64,000 nucleotides of DNA from Asterias rubens. Lineage: Eukaryota. Shown one piece after another: positions 48,280-60,500 of this stretch (positions are counted from its first letter, which is position 1; every line of letters begins with the position of its first letter). A program made the translations under genes and the position numbers. Under the pieces are notes generated by a model, which was given only the letters and a program-made list of their open reading frames with translations, was not told where the DNA came from and searched no databases. Where the stretch lies: the NCBI RefSeq assembly GCF_902459465.1, contig NC_047081.1, positions 9,176,001 through 9,240,000 on the forward strand, written 5' to 3'.

Positions 48280-50624
48280 CAAAGCAGTTCTTATTGAAAG
48301 CTAATTATTATGTGTTCAATGTCTCTTTTGTTGGTGTCAGTGAAATGAACTACGAGAGGGTTCTATGCTCAACTTCGTTAATCTGAAAAATTTCATTGCC
48401 AAGCACAAATTTAGTGGGCCGTACACCGGTCACAAGACTGTAAACGTAATTAATGTAATTTTTGCTGGTAACCCGTTTCTGTTGAGCAATGTTTTTCTTT
48501 GCTAAACACGTTTTTGTGCTCGCTGCGAACCAATTTCATGAAGCACAAAAGATTCATCTTAAAGGAACAGTTGCTATGTACATTGAATTATGACCAACTC
48601 TCGCCCAGTTATAACCTGCGCCCACTCTCCATGGGTATGGAGGGAGGGTGCTGTACGGGTTGAGAGTTTATAATTCCATGTACTGTACATGTACAGTCAC
48701 AGGCCTGCTTGATCCTTTAACATGGGTTGTTGATATCACCTTTATGATTTGTATTGTTTGATATTTTTGACATCGCAGTAGTAGTGATGAGATTTATGCA
48801 CAGTTGAAATCAATCTTGGCTCTTTGAAATGGGCCTTGTAGAGAACATTAGACCAATGCATAATAATTGAGTAGGGCCTTGGTCATGGCCAGTGATAGTT
48901 TTTGTTACCCTACCCATGTGTGTGTGTGTGCGCCCTCATCCGTCCATACGGCAAACAAAAATGGGCTGAAGGGAGTTAAGTCAAAAGAGGGCGCTATCAC
49001 CAGCAGATGAAATTTCTGCAAGATTCGCCGTTTATCGGATGAGTAAGGCGCGGCACCTTTGTCTGTTAAACCAATAAGTATCTTTATGAAATTCGGAACA
49101 GACAATAATCTGTACAAAGACTTGGCAACATTTTGCCTCAACTAACAATTGGCTGTATTATTTTTTTTACCTCAATAATTATTAGGCCTAATCCAATGGA
49201 ATTGTAAGCTTTTAGCACAAAATAGGTATAACCACTGTGTTAAAAACAAGACTTCACTTAAAAGTGTTAAATCTAACACTTCACTTCATTGAGTGGGGTG
49301 AGTGACTGGTACTGGTACTAATTTGTTACGTTTAATTCAAAGGGAAATTAATTGTTAGATTTAATATCTTCATGTACATTCGGTGTCTTTTGTATCGGGC
49401 ATTGTGGTATAACCCCGACCTGCCCACTATTGTGTCTTTGTAGACCTTTTCGCCAATACCAATTATAGCGCAAGCGCTAGTATTGATGCTGGCCTAGTTA
49501 TGGATCAAACTTGATCGCTAGCTAATTAGTATGCGACTCATTCCATGCCGAGTTCGCGGGGCCTACCGAGATTTGCATTAAAAGGCTCCAACCATACTAA
49601 AAGGAGATGCTCAACAGTGTGATAGTGTGGGCGGCGGGGGGGGGGGGGTACCCTCTGACACCTTTGTTAGTTGTCTATTGAGCTTCCCCACTCATTATAA
49701 TAATTCAACACTTGGCCCTAGGGCTAGAATTTCTGAATGCTCACGTTTCAAGTTCTTATATAACTCGTCCCGATTGGGATTGAATGAATTTCTAGCACTT
49801 CAACATCAAGGTTCACCACTCAGTTGCTCAATCATCCATACCCCAAAAATGTTTACGAAGCCGTGTCACGTTACTGTACTGTTTAATGGCATTCCTTTAC
49901 TTGATGTTCCGCGGCACGGTTTCGTGGCCCGTCGTCTTTGTACAGTAGCGCAGAATGTTACAGTAGTGCGGTTTTGCTCTGCGCACAGTAAGCCTATTAG
50001 CAGTGGAACAACTAACGGTCGTTTTTTCCCTGAAGGTAAGGCCCTGTTTTAAATTTTAAGATACACTGAAACTCCAGAGATGATCTATCTCCTACATAGT
50101 TGTGCCGAGAACCGTGAGCCATTTGCACAGATCGCTCACCCTCTCCTGCTTGTGGACCGCCAGAATGGAACACTCGGGGATCACATGCGGGATGCTCAGA
50201 CTATTCATATTTTAAAGAAACTTTTGAAAATGTTATCTTTGTCAACAATTGTAATTAATTTCATGAAGCTGTTTTGAGCACATTCTTTAACATTCTTTGT
50301 TGATTTTGTGCTCTATAAATTTCTTCTATTTATTGACTGATCGTTTTTCACGGGAAAAAAAAAACTCCTGCGTCAGAATTTACCCGGACTCGAGTCCAGT
50401 GGTGCCTATATTAGCCTTGTCACACGAGGTGATCTTTAGGCAATCAAGACGCTGGCAATTTATCGTAGGCGACATTCAAGGAGGCTATTTGTGCCACCAT
50501 GGAGCTGCCACCTACTTATTTCCTTGACAGTGCGGCCTTTAGAATGTGTGTATACTGTAGAATTGGGTCATACTGACGCAGGATCCGGGTTAGGACTATA
50601 CTCGTTTAAACCAGTTTTCAGCCT

Positions 50625-50757
50625 AACCCAGAAATAGATCAGCCTGACCCATAAATGGATCAATCTTAAACACAAATGGATCAGCCCGACCAAGAAATGG
50701 ATCAGCTAGTGACCAGAAGTGAATGACCTGACACAGAAGTGGATCAGCCTGACCCAG
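50625..50757. repeat. Short minisatellite, about 20-bp unit
   Basis: Recurrent aaatggatcagcctgaccca. Confidence 0.65.
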
Positions 50758-51579
50758 ATTCACATAAACAAGTTCTAAAGTTCAACACTTTTCTCGTGAG
50801 CCAGATGGCCGATCAATCTCAAGCTTCTACATGATTATCAGTTTAAATGGCGGATTACATGAAGTGCTTATTTGGCAGAGGTGGACAATCCATTGTATAT
50901 ATTCACGATGGTTCATTCATGGTTCAAGTTAATTGCCCTTCACTGTTCACACTACCTCCTTAACCTGCTTTATAGCACACCTGTAGTTAAAGCCTTTTGT
51001 AACATGTTTGTTAACAGTTTCTTACCCCTTGATGGTAGCGTGAGTCACTCATCCAAACAATCAGATAGCAGCCTGGCAGCAAAAGAGGAACACCCTATAC
51101 ATGTACACTGTTCCCTCATTTAAAGTTTTGATTTTCTACATTGATAATTTTGCCTGCTAACTGCTATATGAACTCGGTAAGCCTAAACATTCATTTGTTA
51201 TTGTACAATTTGTTGAATATTTTTGACAGTTGTAATATTCATGTGTTTCTTTGGAAGTTCATTTCTAAATTTATATATTTTAAGGTTATTTTGGGGAGGT
51301 AACTCTTTTAAAGCTTTTACTTCAATCTTTGAAAAAAAAAATGTTCTAACTTGATATAGAACAACTGTATTTTAATCAATTGTATTTCTTTTTGTTTTAA
51401 TTACACATGGTCTTATTTGTAGTTTATTCATGTGGTCCGTTTTGCCCGGTTACACACAATGTTACACTTACCATTGGTAGGACTACCTGGGTTTTTTTGT
51501 AAGCTAAACCATGGAGGTAGAAATTCTTAAACAATTTATTGTTGTTGTTATGTAGGGTATAAGAGGCAGGTCTGGAACC

Positions 51580-54500
51580 ATGACGTCTTACAAGTTACTC
51601 TACTTTGATTATACACGCGGTAGGGCGGAGGCAACTCGAATGCTCTTTGCCGTTGCCAACAAGGAACTTGAAGAAGTCCGAATAACGAAGGAAGAATGGC
51701 CGAAGATTAAACCAAGTAAGTCACAGTTACAAATAATAATGTGTCACTCAGTTTATAACATAAAACAGATCCAGAAATTATGTTGACGTTCCTTACAAGG
51801 GAACTCCGCAAAGCTCACACAAGGGGATATAAACGCCAAGCTTGCAACAGCCAATCTCTCCCATAAAACATTGGTTTTACGTTAAGTATAATATGGACGA
51901 AATGAATTGCACAACCGTTGGCTTTGACGTTTATTGGACAAGTCGTTAATGTCTGTCGAGGTTTGATAGCGAAACGGCTCACTTGTTTGTCTCGCGCGAC
52001 TACGACTCTTGCTTCTCATTTAAAGGCAGTGGACACTATTGGTAATTGTCAAAGACTAGCCTTCACAGTTGGTGTATCTCAATGTATGCATGAAATAACT
52101 AACCTGTGAAAATTTGAGCTCAATCGGTCGTCAAAGTTGCGAGATAATAATGAAAGACAAAAAACACCCTTGTCACACGAAGTTGTGTGCGTTTAGATGG
52201 TTGATTTCGAGACCTCAAGTTCTAAATCTGAGGTCTCAGAATCAAATTCGTGGAAAATTACTTCTTTCTCGAAAACTACTCCACTTCAGAGGGAGCTGTT
52301 TCTCACAATGTTTTATACCATCAACCTCTCCCCATTACTCTTCACCAAGAAAGGTTTTATGCTAATAATTATTTTGAGTAATTACCAATAGTGTCCACTG
52401 CCTTTAAGTATATGGACGAAATGAATTGCCCAAAACTTAAGCAATTAAATTTTTGTCTAGTTAGTAAATTCAATATTTGTCTAGTTACTGAATTACTTTA
52501 ATCCAGAAACTGTGATTCAGTAACAAGACACAAATCTATAGGGTCATTCACAACCGTTGGCTTTGACTTTTGTTGGACAAGTCGTTAAAGGCAGTGGACA
52601 CTATTGGTAATTACTCAAAAAGTTTATTAGCATAAAACCTTACTTGGTAACGAGTAATGGGGAGAGGTTGACGGTATAAAACATTGTGAGAAACGGCTCC
52701 CTCTGAAGTGACGTAGTTTTCGAGAAAGAAGTATTTTCCACGAATTTGATTTCGATACCTCAAGTTTAGAATTTGTTGAGTTCTCGAAATCAAGCATATG
52801 AAAGCACACAACTTCGTGTGACAAGGGTGTTTTTTTTCTTTCATTATTATCGAATTCAAATTCGACGACCGATTGAGCTAAAATGTTCACAGGTTTATAA
52901 TTTCATGCATATGTTGAGATACACCAACTGTGAATACCAGCGGGTATTGTCAAAAGGATACGGGAGATAGACAAAGTCCGTTATCAGCAGTAACAGACAT
53001 GCGCCACTGACATTCCGAAGTGGCTTATTGTCTCGCGAGACTACGACTCTTGCCTCTCATTTAAAAGGATGTGGTGGTAATTTGAGAGCTGTAGTCGCGC
53101 GCAGAGCAGCATTCTCGCGAGATATACGAGAGAGCCGTTTTGACTTGTCCACAATAAGTAAGTAGGGCTGGATTCGACCCACATCGTCATGTTTATTTCT
53201 TTTCCCCCTTTACAGCCACTCCTCAAGGTCATGTTCCCGTGCTGGAGATTGACGGGAAACAACTTCCTCAGAGCAACGCAATCGAGTCATACGTGGCGAG
53301 AGAATTCGGTATGGGGTCTTTGATCATGTTGTCTTTTCCTAAACTGTATGTCGCTAAAATTATCAGAGTGTCTTTCAGTTTGTTCGTGGCTTCTTAAAAC
53401 AGTGACGCCTTTGGTAATTTATTATTGTCAAACAGACCAGTCTTCTCACTTTGTGTATCTCAACATGCATAAAACAACAAACCTGTAATTAATTGGTCAT
53501 CGAAGTTGCAAGAGAACTAACGAAAGAAAAACACCTTTAAACCTATTGCACAAGTTGTGTCTGCTTTAAGATGCTTATAAGTACATCTGCTGAAGTTTGT
53601 TATTACTTGAGTGAGAAATTACTTCTTTCTCAAAAACTATACGTTACTTCAGAGGGAGCTGTTTCTCACGATGTTTTATACTATCAACAGCTCTCCATTG
53701 CTGTATGTTTTTTTCACAATGTTTTATACTATCAACAGCTCTCCATTGCTGTATGTTTTTTATTAGGCTTTTTACAATGATATTGAGTAACTACCGTGTC
53801 AAGTGATAGATAATTTTGACCTTTTCTTCCTCTCCAGGACTGTACGGTTCTGATAACTGGGAAGCAGCTCAAATAGATGTAGTTCGAGAAACCACGAAGG
53901 ATTTGATACAACCCATGATTATGCCGGTACTTTTTGAACAGGACGAAGAGAAACAGGTTTATAAAATTATATAACATGTCTTCTTCTTTCTTGTTCGTTT
54001 TCGGTCACATAAATGAAAAGATGACATGACTTGTACGAGTCAATGATGGCTTGCTTTTTTGTATTATTGGTGGTACTACTGTACATGTGTTCGTCTGTCC
54101 TTGTTGTCCCTTGTCTTGGTCTTTTGTCTTAGTGGGTCTTAAATTCAGTGTTAGTCTGTCAATACTAGGTTAGGGTATACAAAACCAAGGCTTCACCCCA
54201 TCCTTAGTATTGCCCTGTTGATTTGTTCATAATGTTGGCTATTGTTTATTATGAACCACCAATGAGAGACTTTTAGGACGCTTGGTGGCAGCATACTTAC
54301 CAGGTAAAATCCATTGTTTTCAGTAATGTGCGCTTGCTCAGAACTACGTAAACAATGGAAATTTACCTGGTACGTCTGCTGCCACCTAGTGTTCAAAAGT
54401 CCCCCATTATTTAACAAATCACTAGAGGTATTTTATCATCTGAGGGCAATACCAAAAGTAAATGTTTTTTTTTTAATTGAATTGATTTGTGGGGGTTGAA

Positions 54501-55888
54501 CAAAGAATTGACTAGAGTGAGATTCGAACCAACGACAAATGAATTGAATTGAATAATATCGGTACGTTGTTGACGAAGAGATACATTTTCAATTTCCTCC
54601 ACAGGCCATAAATTCCAAAGAGTACTACGAGACAACTGCGCCCCCGATTTTAAAGATTCTTCACGATCTTCTTGTAAGGAACAATGAGGGCACTGGGTAC
54701 TTCGTCGGAAATACGGTAAGCAATCGGATGGAATTTTGTATGGTTAAAGGCAGTGGACACTATTGGTAATTACTCAAAACAATTATTAGCATAAAACCTT
54801 TCTTGATTACGAGTAATGGGAGAGGTTGATAGTATATAAAACATTGTGAGAAACGGCTCCCTCTGAAGTGACGTAGTTTTCGAAAAAGAAGTAATTTTCC
54901 ACGAATTTGATTTCGATACCTCAGATTTAGAACTTGAGGTCTCGAAATCAAGCATCTAAACGCACACAACTTCGTGTAACATGGGTGTTTTTTCTTTCAT
55001 TATTATCTCGCAAGTTCGAAGACCGATTGAGCTCAAATTTTCACAGGTTTGTTATTTTATGCATATGTTGAGATACACCAACTGTGAAGGCTAGTCTTTG
55101 ACAATTAATTACCAATAGTGTCCAGAGACTTAAAAGTCTCAATAAATTTCAGTTTGTAGCTAAAGTCCATTGTGTTGCAATTAGTGGTTGGCTCTTTAAA
55201 TAAATGGCAAAATAGACGGCAAGTGGGGAGAGGTGTGTTTAGCTCTGAAGGTGCAATCACAACGTGTAGTGAGATCCTGAGATAATTTACTGCAGACAAA
55301 AAGATAAGATGCCGGCATCACGAGCTGTCAGAATGACAGCATTCTTAAAGTAAAAGTTCTTCCTAAGTTATTTATCGATTATCGTTGGTTCTCCTCTGTC
55401 GGATGGCACTTACAGAGTTCCGTAGTAGGGGAAGGGGGGAGGGCATTGGTCCGCTTTAACATGCCGTCATAACTCTGATATTTGGAGATGGTTGGTTGGA
55501 GAGATCTTTGATTAGACAGGGGCTTGGCGTATCATTCCTAAGTCTTTCCTTCTTGGTTTATTTATAATAGTTCAAGTTTACCTTTTTGAAAGTCCTTATA
55601 GACTTACAAACACAATAAGTCAATCAATGAAAGACAATGACGGTAGTGTTTTATTGTTGGATTTCCTCAATAGTCATATTGAGTTTAACTATTTCATCCT
55701 TCTGGCAGGCTACACTTGCTGACGTCATTTTCTTCGTCACCATGGAGTGGTTCGAAGCGCCCCCTTATGCCGACAAGGGATTGGAAAACTATCCGATGCT
55801 GGTGGGACTGAGAGATCGTTTAGCAGCAAACGAACTCGCTAAGCATCTTAAAGAGCGTCCAAGCTTGCTGGATTCACGATTAAAATAA
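51580..55888 (+). CDS. Glutathione S-transferase, sigma class (GST-4, subtype B), 212 aa
   Basis: Exons 51580-51715, 53216-53308, 53838-53956, 54605-54715, 55709-55888, all GT-AG and in frame. Close paralog of GST-3 in the opposite orientation. Confidence 0.92.
52024..52403. mobile_element. Kolobok-type MITE family 1 in GST-4 intron 1
   Basis: Near-perfect TIRs, TTAA flanks. Confidence 0.85.
52589..52955. mobile_element. Kolobok-type MITE family 1, right end truncated
   Basis: TTAA 52585-52588 plus left TIR and core. Confidence 0.75.
54261..54408. mobile_element. Palindromic ~140-bp MITE in GST-4 intron 3
   Basis: Family arms. Confidence 0.7.
54748..55129. mobile_element. Kolobok-type MITE family 1 in GST-4 intron 4
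   Basis: TTAA flanks, TIRs. Confidence 0.8.
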
Positions 55889-55982
55889 GGACAAGCCACA
55901 GCTGGGTCGGGGTGCTTTCTGTGCATAATTTTTGCTCGACTTGTAAAATGTTACAAATTAAAATCGCCTTACTGTGTTTTAA

Positions 55983-56345
55983 AGGCAGTGGACACTATTG
56001 GTAATTACTCAAAAAAATGTTTAGCATAAAACCTTTCTTGATTACGAGTAATGGGGAGAGGTTGATTGTATAAAACATTGTGAGAAACGGCTCCCTCTGA
56101 AGTGACGTAGTTTTCGAGAAAGAAGTAATTTTCCACGAATTTGATTTCGAGACCTCAGATTTAGAATTTGAGGTCTCGAAATCAAGCATCTGAGAGCACA
56201 CAACTTCGTGTGACAAGGGTGTTTTTTCTTTCATGATATCTCGCAACTTCATCGACCGATTGAGCTCAAATTTTCACAGGTTTGTTATTTTATGCATATG
56301 TTGAGATAAACCAACTGTGAAGACTATAGTCTTGAATATTACCAA
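55983..56345. mobile_element. Kolobok-type MITE family 1 in GST-4 3' region
   Basis: TTAA plus left TIR and core. Confidence 0.75.
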
Positions 56346-56454
56346 CAAAACAAACAACAGTTCACTCACCTATAGGGCAACAAAATACTATAAATGCCTT
56401 TGCAAAGTTTACATTATTTGTTATATATATGCTGGCCCAAAACACCCCCCCCCC

Positions 56455-56489
<35 letters not shown>

Positions 56490-57500
56490 AAGATTTGTTC
56501 AAAGGACTCATAATGAACTCAGGGTCCAATGTACGGTGTTTATATCAACAAAAACAAATTTGCATATTACTGTTATAGACCTACATTATTATGTCACTGT
56601 AGTGCATGAGATACGTAAAAGTGGACTTTGGACCAAAATAATCAAACCACAAAGAACATAAATTATGATCATGTTAACCTGTGGTATAATGGTATCGGTA
56701 CCTTGTGTTCGTGTACCCCATTGCTTCGCTAGGTACTGGGTTGCACGGGTTGCACTGTGTGTATTGTATGACAGTACTCGGTAATCAATGGACAAGGAGT
56801 CAAAGTGCATGAAGAGAACTCGTCTTTCTACACTGCAGACTTTAAACCATGGATGAAAAATGGTGACGATGACCATGACATTGCGTTTGCCCACGGAGCA
56901 ATGGGTTTCCCAAACATCATCATCATAGGGGATGGAGCATATTGGACAGGTTCGAGGTTGAGAACGGCTGGTTGACCATGTTGTCTCGCATTGTAGCCTA
57001 CATGTTTCGTGGTGTGTTTCCTGCTATCTTGTTGCTATCGTGTTGATAAGTAGATGTTTCATCGACCAGCAATTTCCCCCTGGACACAAAGACAACTAGG
57101 CAACACCAGCTCGCCATAATACGAGATGTCTGGCTGATATTTTCTGACGACTGCTCTGATAATTTCAATAAATTCATCATCTCACGACATGGATTTCAAT
57201 TACCGTAAACATAAATTAGATGCGCGACCTGTGTGTATTAAGTAAATGTGTTGCCATGGCTACAGCTTCTTCTCGGTTCGTATGATAAGATTCAAGTCAA
57301 ATTGGTACTTTTAGAATGTGTCTCTTATACAGTGATTATAGCAATAAACACCGTGGCCTTGAGTAGGCTTTCGAACAGTATCTGTAATAATCTCAAATGG
57401 TTTGGCTTATTTTGATAAGAGCAAAAAAAATATCTACGGCTAATGAGCTGATTGTTGGTGCGTTATAATATTTTCTCTGGATCACAAAAGATCGGTTGCC

Positions 57501-60500
57501 ATGGGACGGATACGAGCCTTTGATATTGCCATTGACAACAATGCATTGTCTCATGTGGACGGGCTACCAGTCTACAGTCCTGGTAACCAAGTGACGGGTG
57601 TTGTCAACCTACATCTGAATACGTCAAGAGATGACGTCAGAGGTGAGTATTGTCTCCTAAATAATAATAAAGGAAACTGTTTGTATTGAAAGTTATTATT
57701 AACTTCAAATCTTTATGTTTTTCATCCATTGTGGTTTATTTAGAATTAGATGGTATTTTATCACTGACTAGATTCGTATGCTTTAGTATGACCCTTAATT
57801 ACGAGGCTGTACAGTTGTTTGGTGTCATTTATGTTGCTTTTTGTGTCCACCCGTTGGTAACTTGTATGCAACTTTATAAAGAACGTAGACATCTAAAAGT
57901 CACACGAGGGAGTTCCAGCTAAATACAGTGTATCAAATTGCTGAGAAAACAGCAGGAACTGTCATGGTATTTTCACTTGAGTCTACAACATTTCCTCCAT
58001 GCTAACTCGTCTATGCTTAGCAAAGTACCAACCGCATCTCTGGCCGCAGAATTCGCGAACAGACACCAGCTCATCAGAAATCTGAGAAACCATTCATGAA
58101 TCAGTTGTTAACCTCTCAGATTCAAATGTTCCGGATTGGATTGAAAATTATTTTCAAAACCTTAATTGCATCGAAGGGAAGCCTTTCTCAAAGTGCAGTT
58201 TATGCCATCAACAGGTGCAATGCTTCTCACCACCTACGGTATTAGTTTGTTGAGTTCTAACAAATTTATGACACTATATTACACCTTAAAGCTCAACCTG
58301 ATTATATTTTGTCTTTCTCCTTAGTTATTACTATCAGACTGCGAGGGCGAGCTCAAACACGATGGACCGAGACGTTGACAAGAAATCGATCTGGTTCTTT
58401 GGCTGATAACCAGAGGGTGACGTTTACAGGAACTGAAACCTACATAGATTATAACCAATCACTATGGCAACAAGGTAATAAGTTATAGAAGAACCGTGAT
58501 GAGAAACGTGATGCAATGAAGGACGCTAGGTGGCAGCAGACTCATACCGGGTAAATCCAATTATTTCGGTAATGTGGACATGCTCAGAACCGTACGTAAA
58601 CAATGGAAATTTATCAGCTGCCACCTAGCGTTCGAAAGTCTCCCATTGGCTAATAGTTATAGACGTTTAAGATGTACTTTCTTGATCCTTTCTCTCGTTT
58701 ATGTTTTAAACAAAATAACATGAGTGTGCTTTTGTCGGAGATGGGTTTCATCTCATAATCACCACCACGAGGTGTGTAATACGGGTGTAAAGTGTGATGC
58801 AGACTGGTACCTTGTATTTATACAGACCCTGGTCTTACAGGTTCAATTCAGTGGATACAATGATTTCATTGGATAAACGTTAGTGACGAACATAGCTTTC
58901 AATATTATCTGTGTTATGATTGGTCCGCATGGATGTGGTTTGTCAGCATGTAGGCTATCGTCTGTGTGCAGCGGTGCTCAAGCATGCATGCAGACCCGTT
59001 GTTTTATTCACTACGTACATGTACGGGTGAATTGACTGCGAATCCCCATGTGAAATGAATGCGAGGTCAAAGGTCTTGCAGCATCCGGTCAGGTATAGGT
59101 ATCATGGTGTTATAGCCTGGAAGTGTGACGTCAGATGTTCAGGCTAAGTGTGATGGGGCAATTATTCATTGAAACATACGTACGCCATCCATGCTGCCCT
59201 GCCTTTTAATTTATATCGTGACTAAAATGTTGTCACTGACTGGCTACCTGTCAATCAGCGTATTCAATTAAAAATCATCATACTCACATTCAAGGCACTA
59301 CATGGTTCAGCTCCACCCTACATACACGATCTCTTGACACCCGTACAACTAGACCAGGTCTAAGATCAGAAATACGCTCCATGTTCCTCGAACTCGACTG
59401 GTCAGTTATGGGGACAGGGCTTACTCCAACATAGCACCAAGACTCTGGAACTCACTTCCGGATTACCTCAGACAAATTAATACACAACATCACTCTCTTC
59501 CATCAGAAACTCAAAACACACTTATTATTGCTTGCTTTCCAACATCTTGACAAAACTTGACAGTCGCCTTTGAATGTTTCTCCTTTTCAGTAAAGTGCGC
59601 CTTATAAATGCTGTAGTTTATTATTGTTATTATTATTATTGTAGTTTTGTTTACTTTTCCATGTTAGAGCATCCTCATCAAAAGCTTCTTCAAGGCCTCC
59701 ATTCGTTCCCCTTTGAGTTCCGACTTCCCCTCATCAACCTCCCTTCAGATTATGAAGGGGTGAACGGTCACGTAAGATACCGTCTCAGGTGCGATATTGT
59801 AGGAGATTCACCTCTATCCAATGCAAAGGTTGGAAGGAAGATAGCGATCGCTGGGTGTCCAATGGATCTGAACTGTATACACAATGCTATGGTAATAAGC
59901 AGATTAGTATTTCGAGATGAGACTTTCGGGACGCTTGGTGGCAGCAGACTTTAAATTCCATGTAAAAACCATTGTTCTCAGTAATATGCGCATGCTCAGA
60001 ACTACGTAAACAATGAACATTTACTTGGTAAGTCTGCTGCCACCTAGCGTTCCAAATTCTCCTATTGTGCAGAGGGTTAAAATAATATTGAGTTTTGTGT
60101 CTTCAGGCTCTCCTTGGTTTGAATTTTTGTTTGTAATATTAGATATCTAAACGGGGCGGCCATACTTCAAGATGAGTGCCAACCCTATGTCATAAATCAA
60201 CTGCCACCAGGGGCACGTTGCCACCTATAGCTCCTGGTGGCTCAAACCCTTCTCACAGTCCGTATAAGGGTGATGGGTATCATATAGGAACCTGACTGGG
60301 AGTGCTAAAGGCTAAGAGCAGATTGCACTACCTTTAATGAAGCAATATGGTTAAGTACTTGTGTAAGAAGGGCACGTGCAGTGACATGACCGGTATCGAA
60401 CTGAGTATCGGTTTGATACCCTCCGTCACCTCGCTAAACGTGGATATATTTGGCTTTTCTTGTGTACAAAAACAAATATTGTCACAGTTCTCTGTCGTTT

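Noticed and set aside
55870-55888. Peroxisomal PTS1-like SRL in GST-4
   Set aside because: SRL is followed by Lys, so it is not C-terminal.
56828-57190. Protein-looking minus-strand frame (DDEFIEIIRAVVRKYQP...) head-to-head with ARRDC
   Set aside because: Three internal stops in 121 codons is close to random expectation, and no family was recognised.
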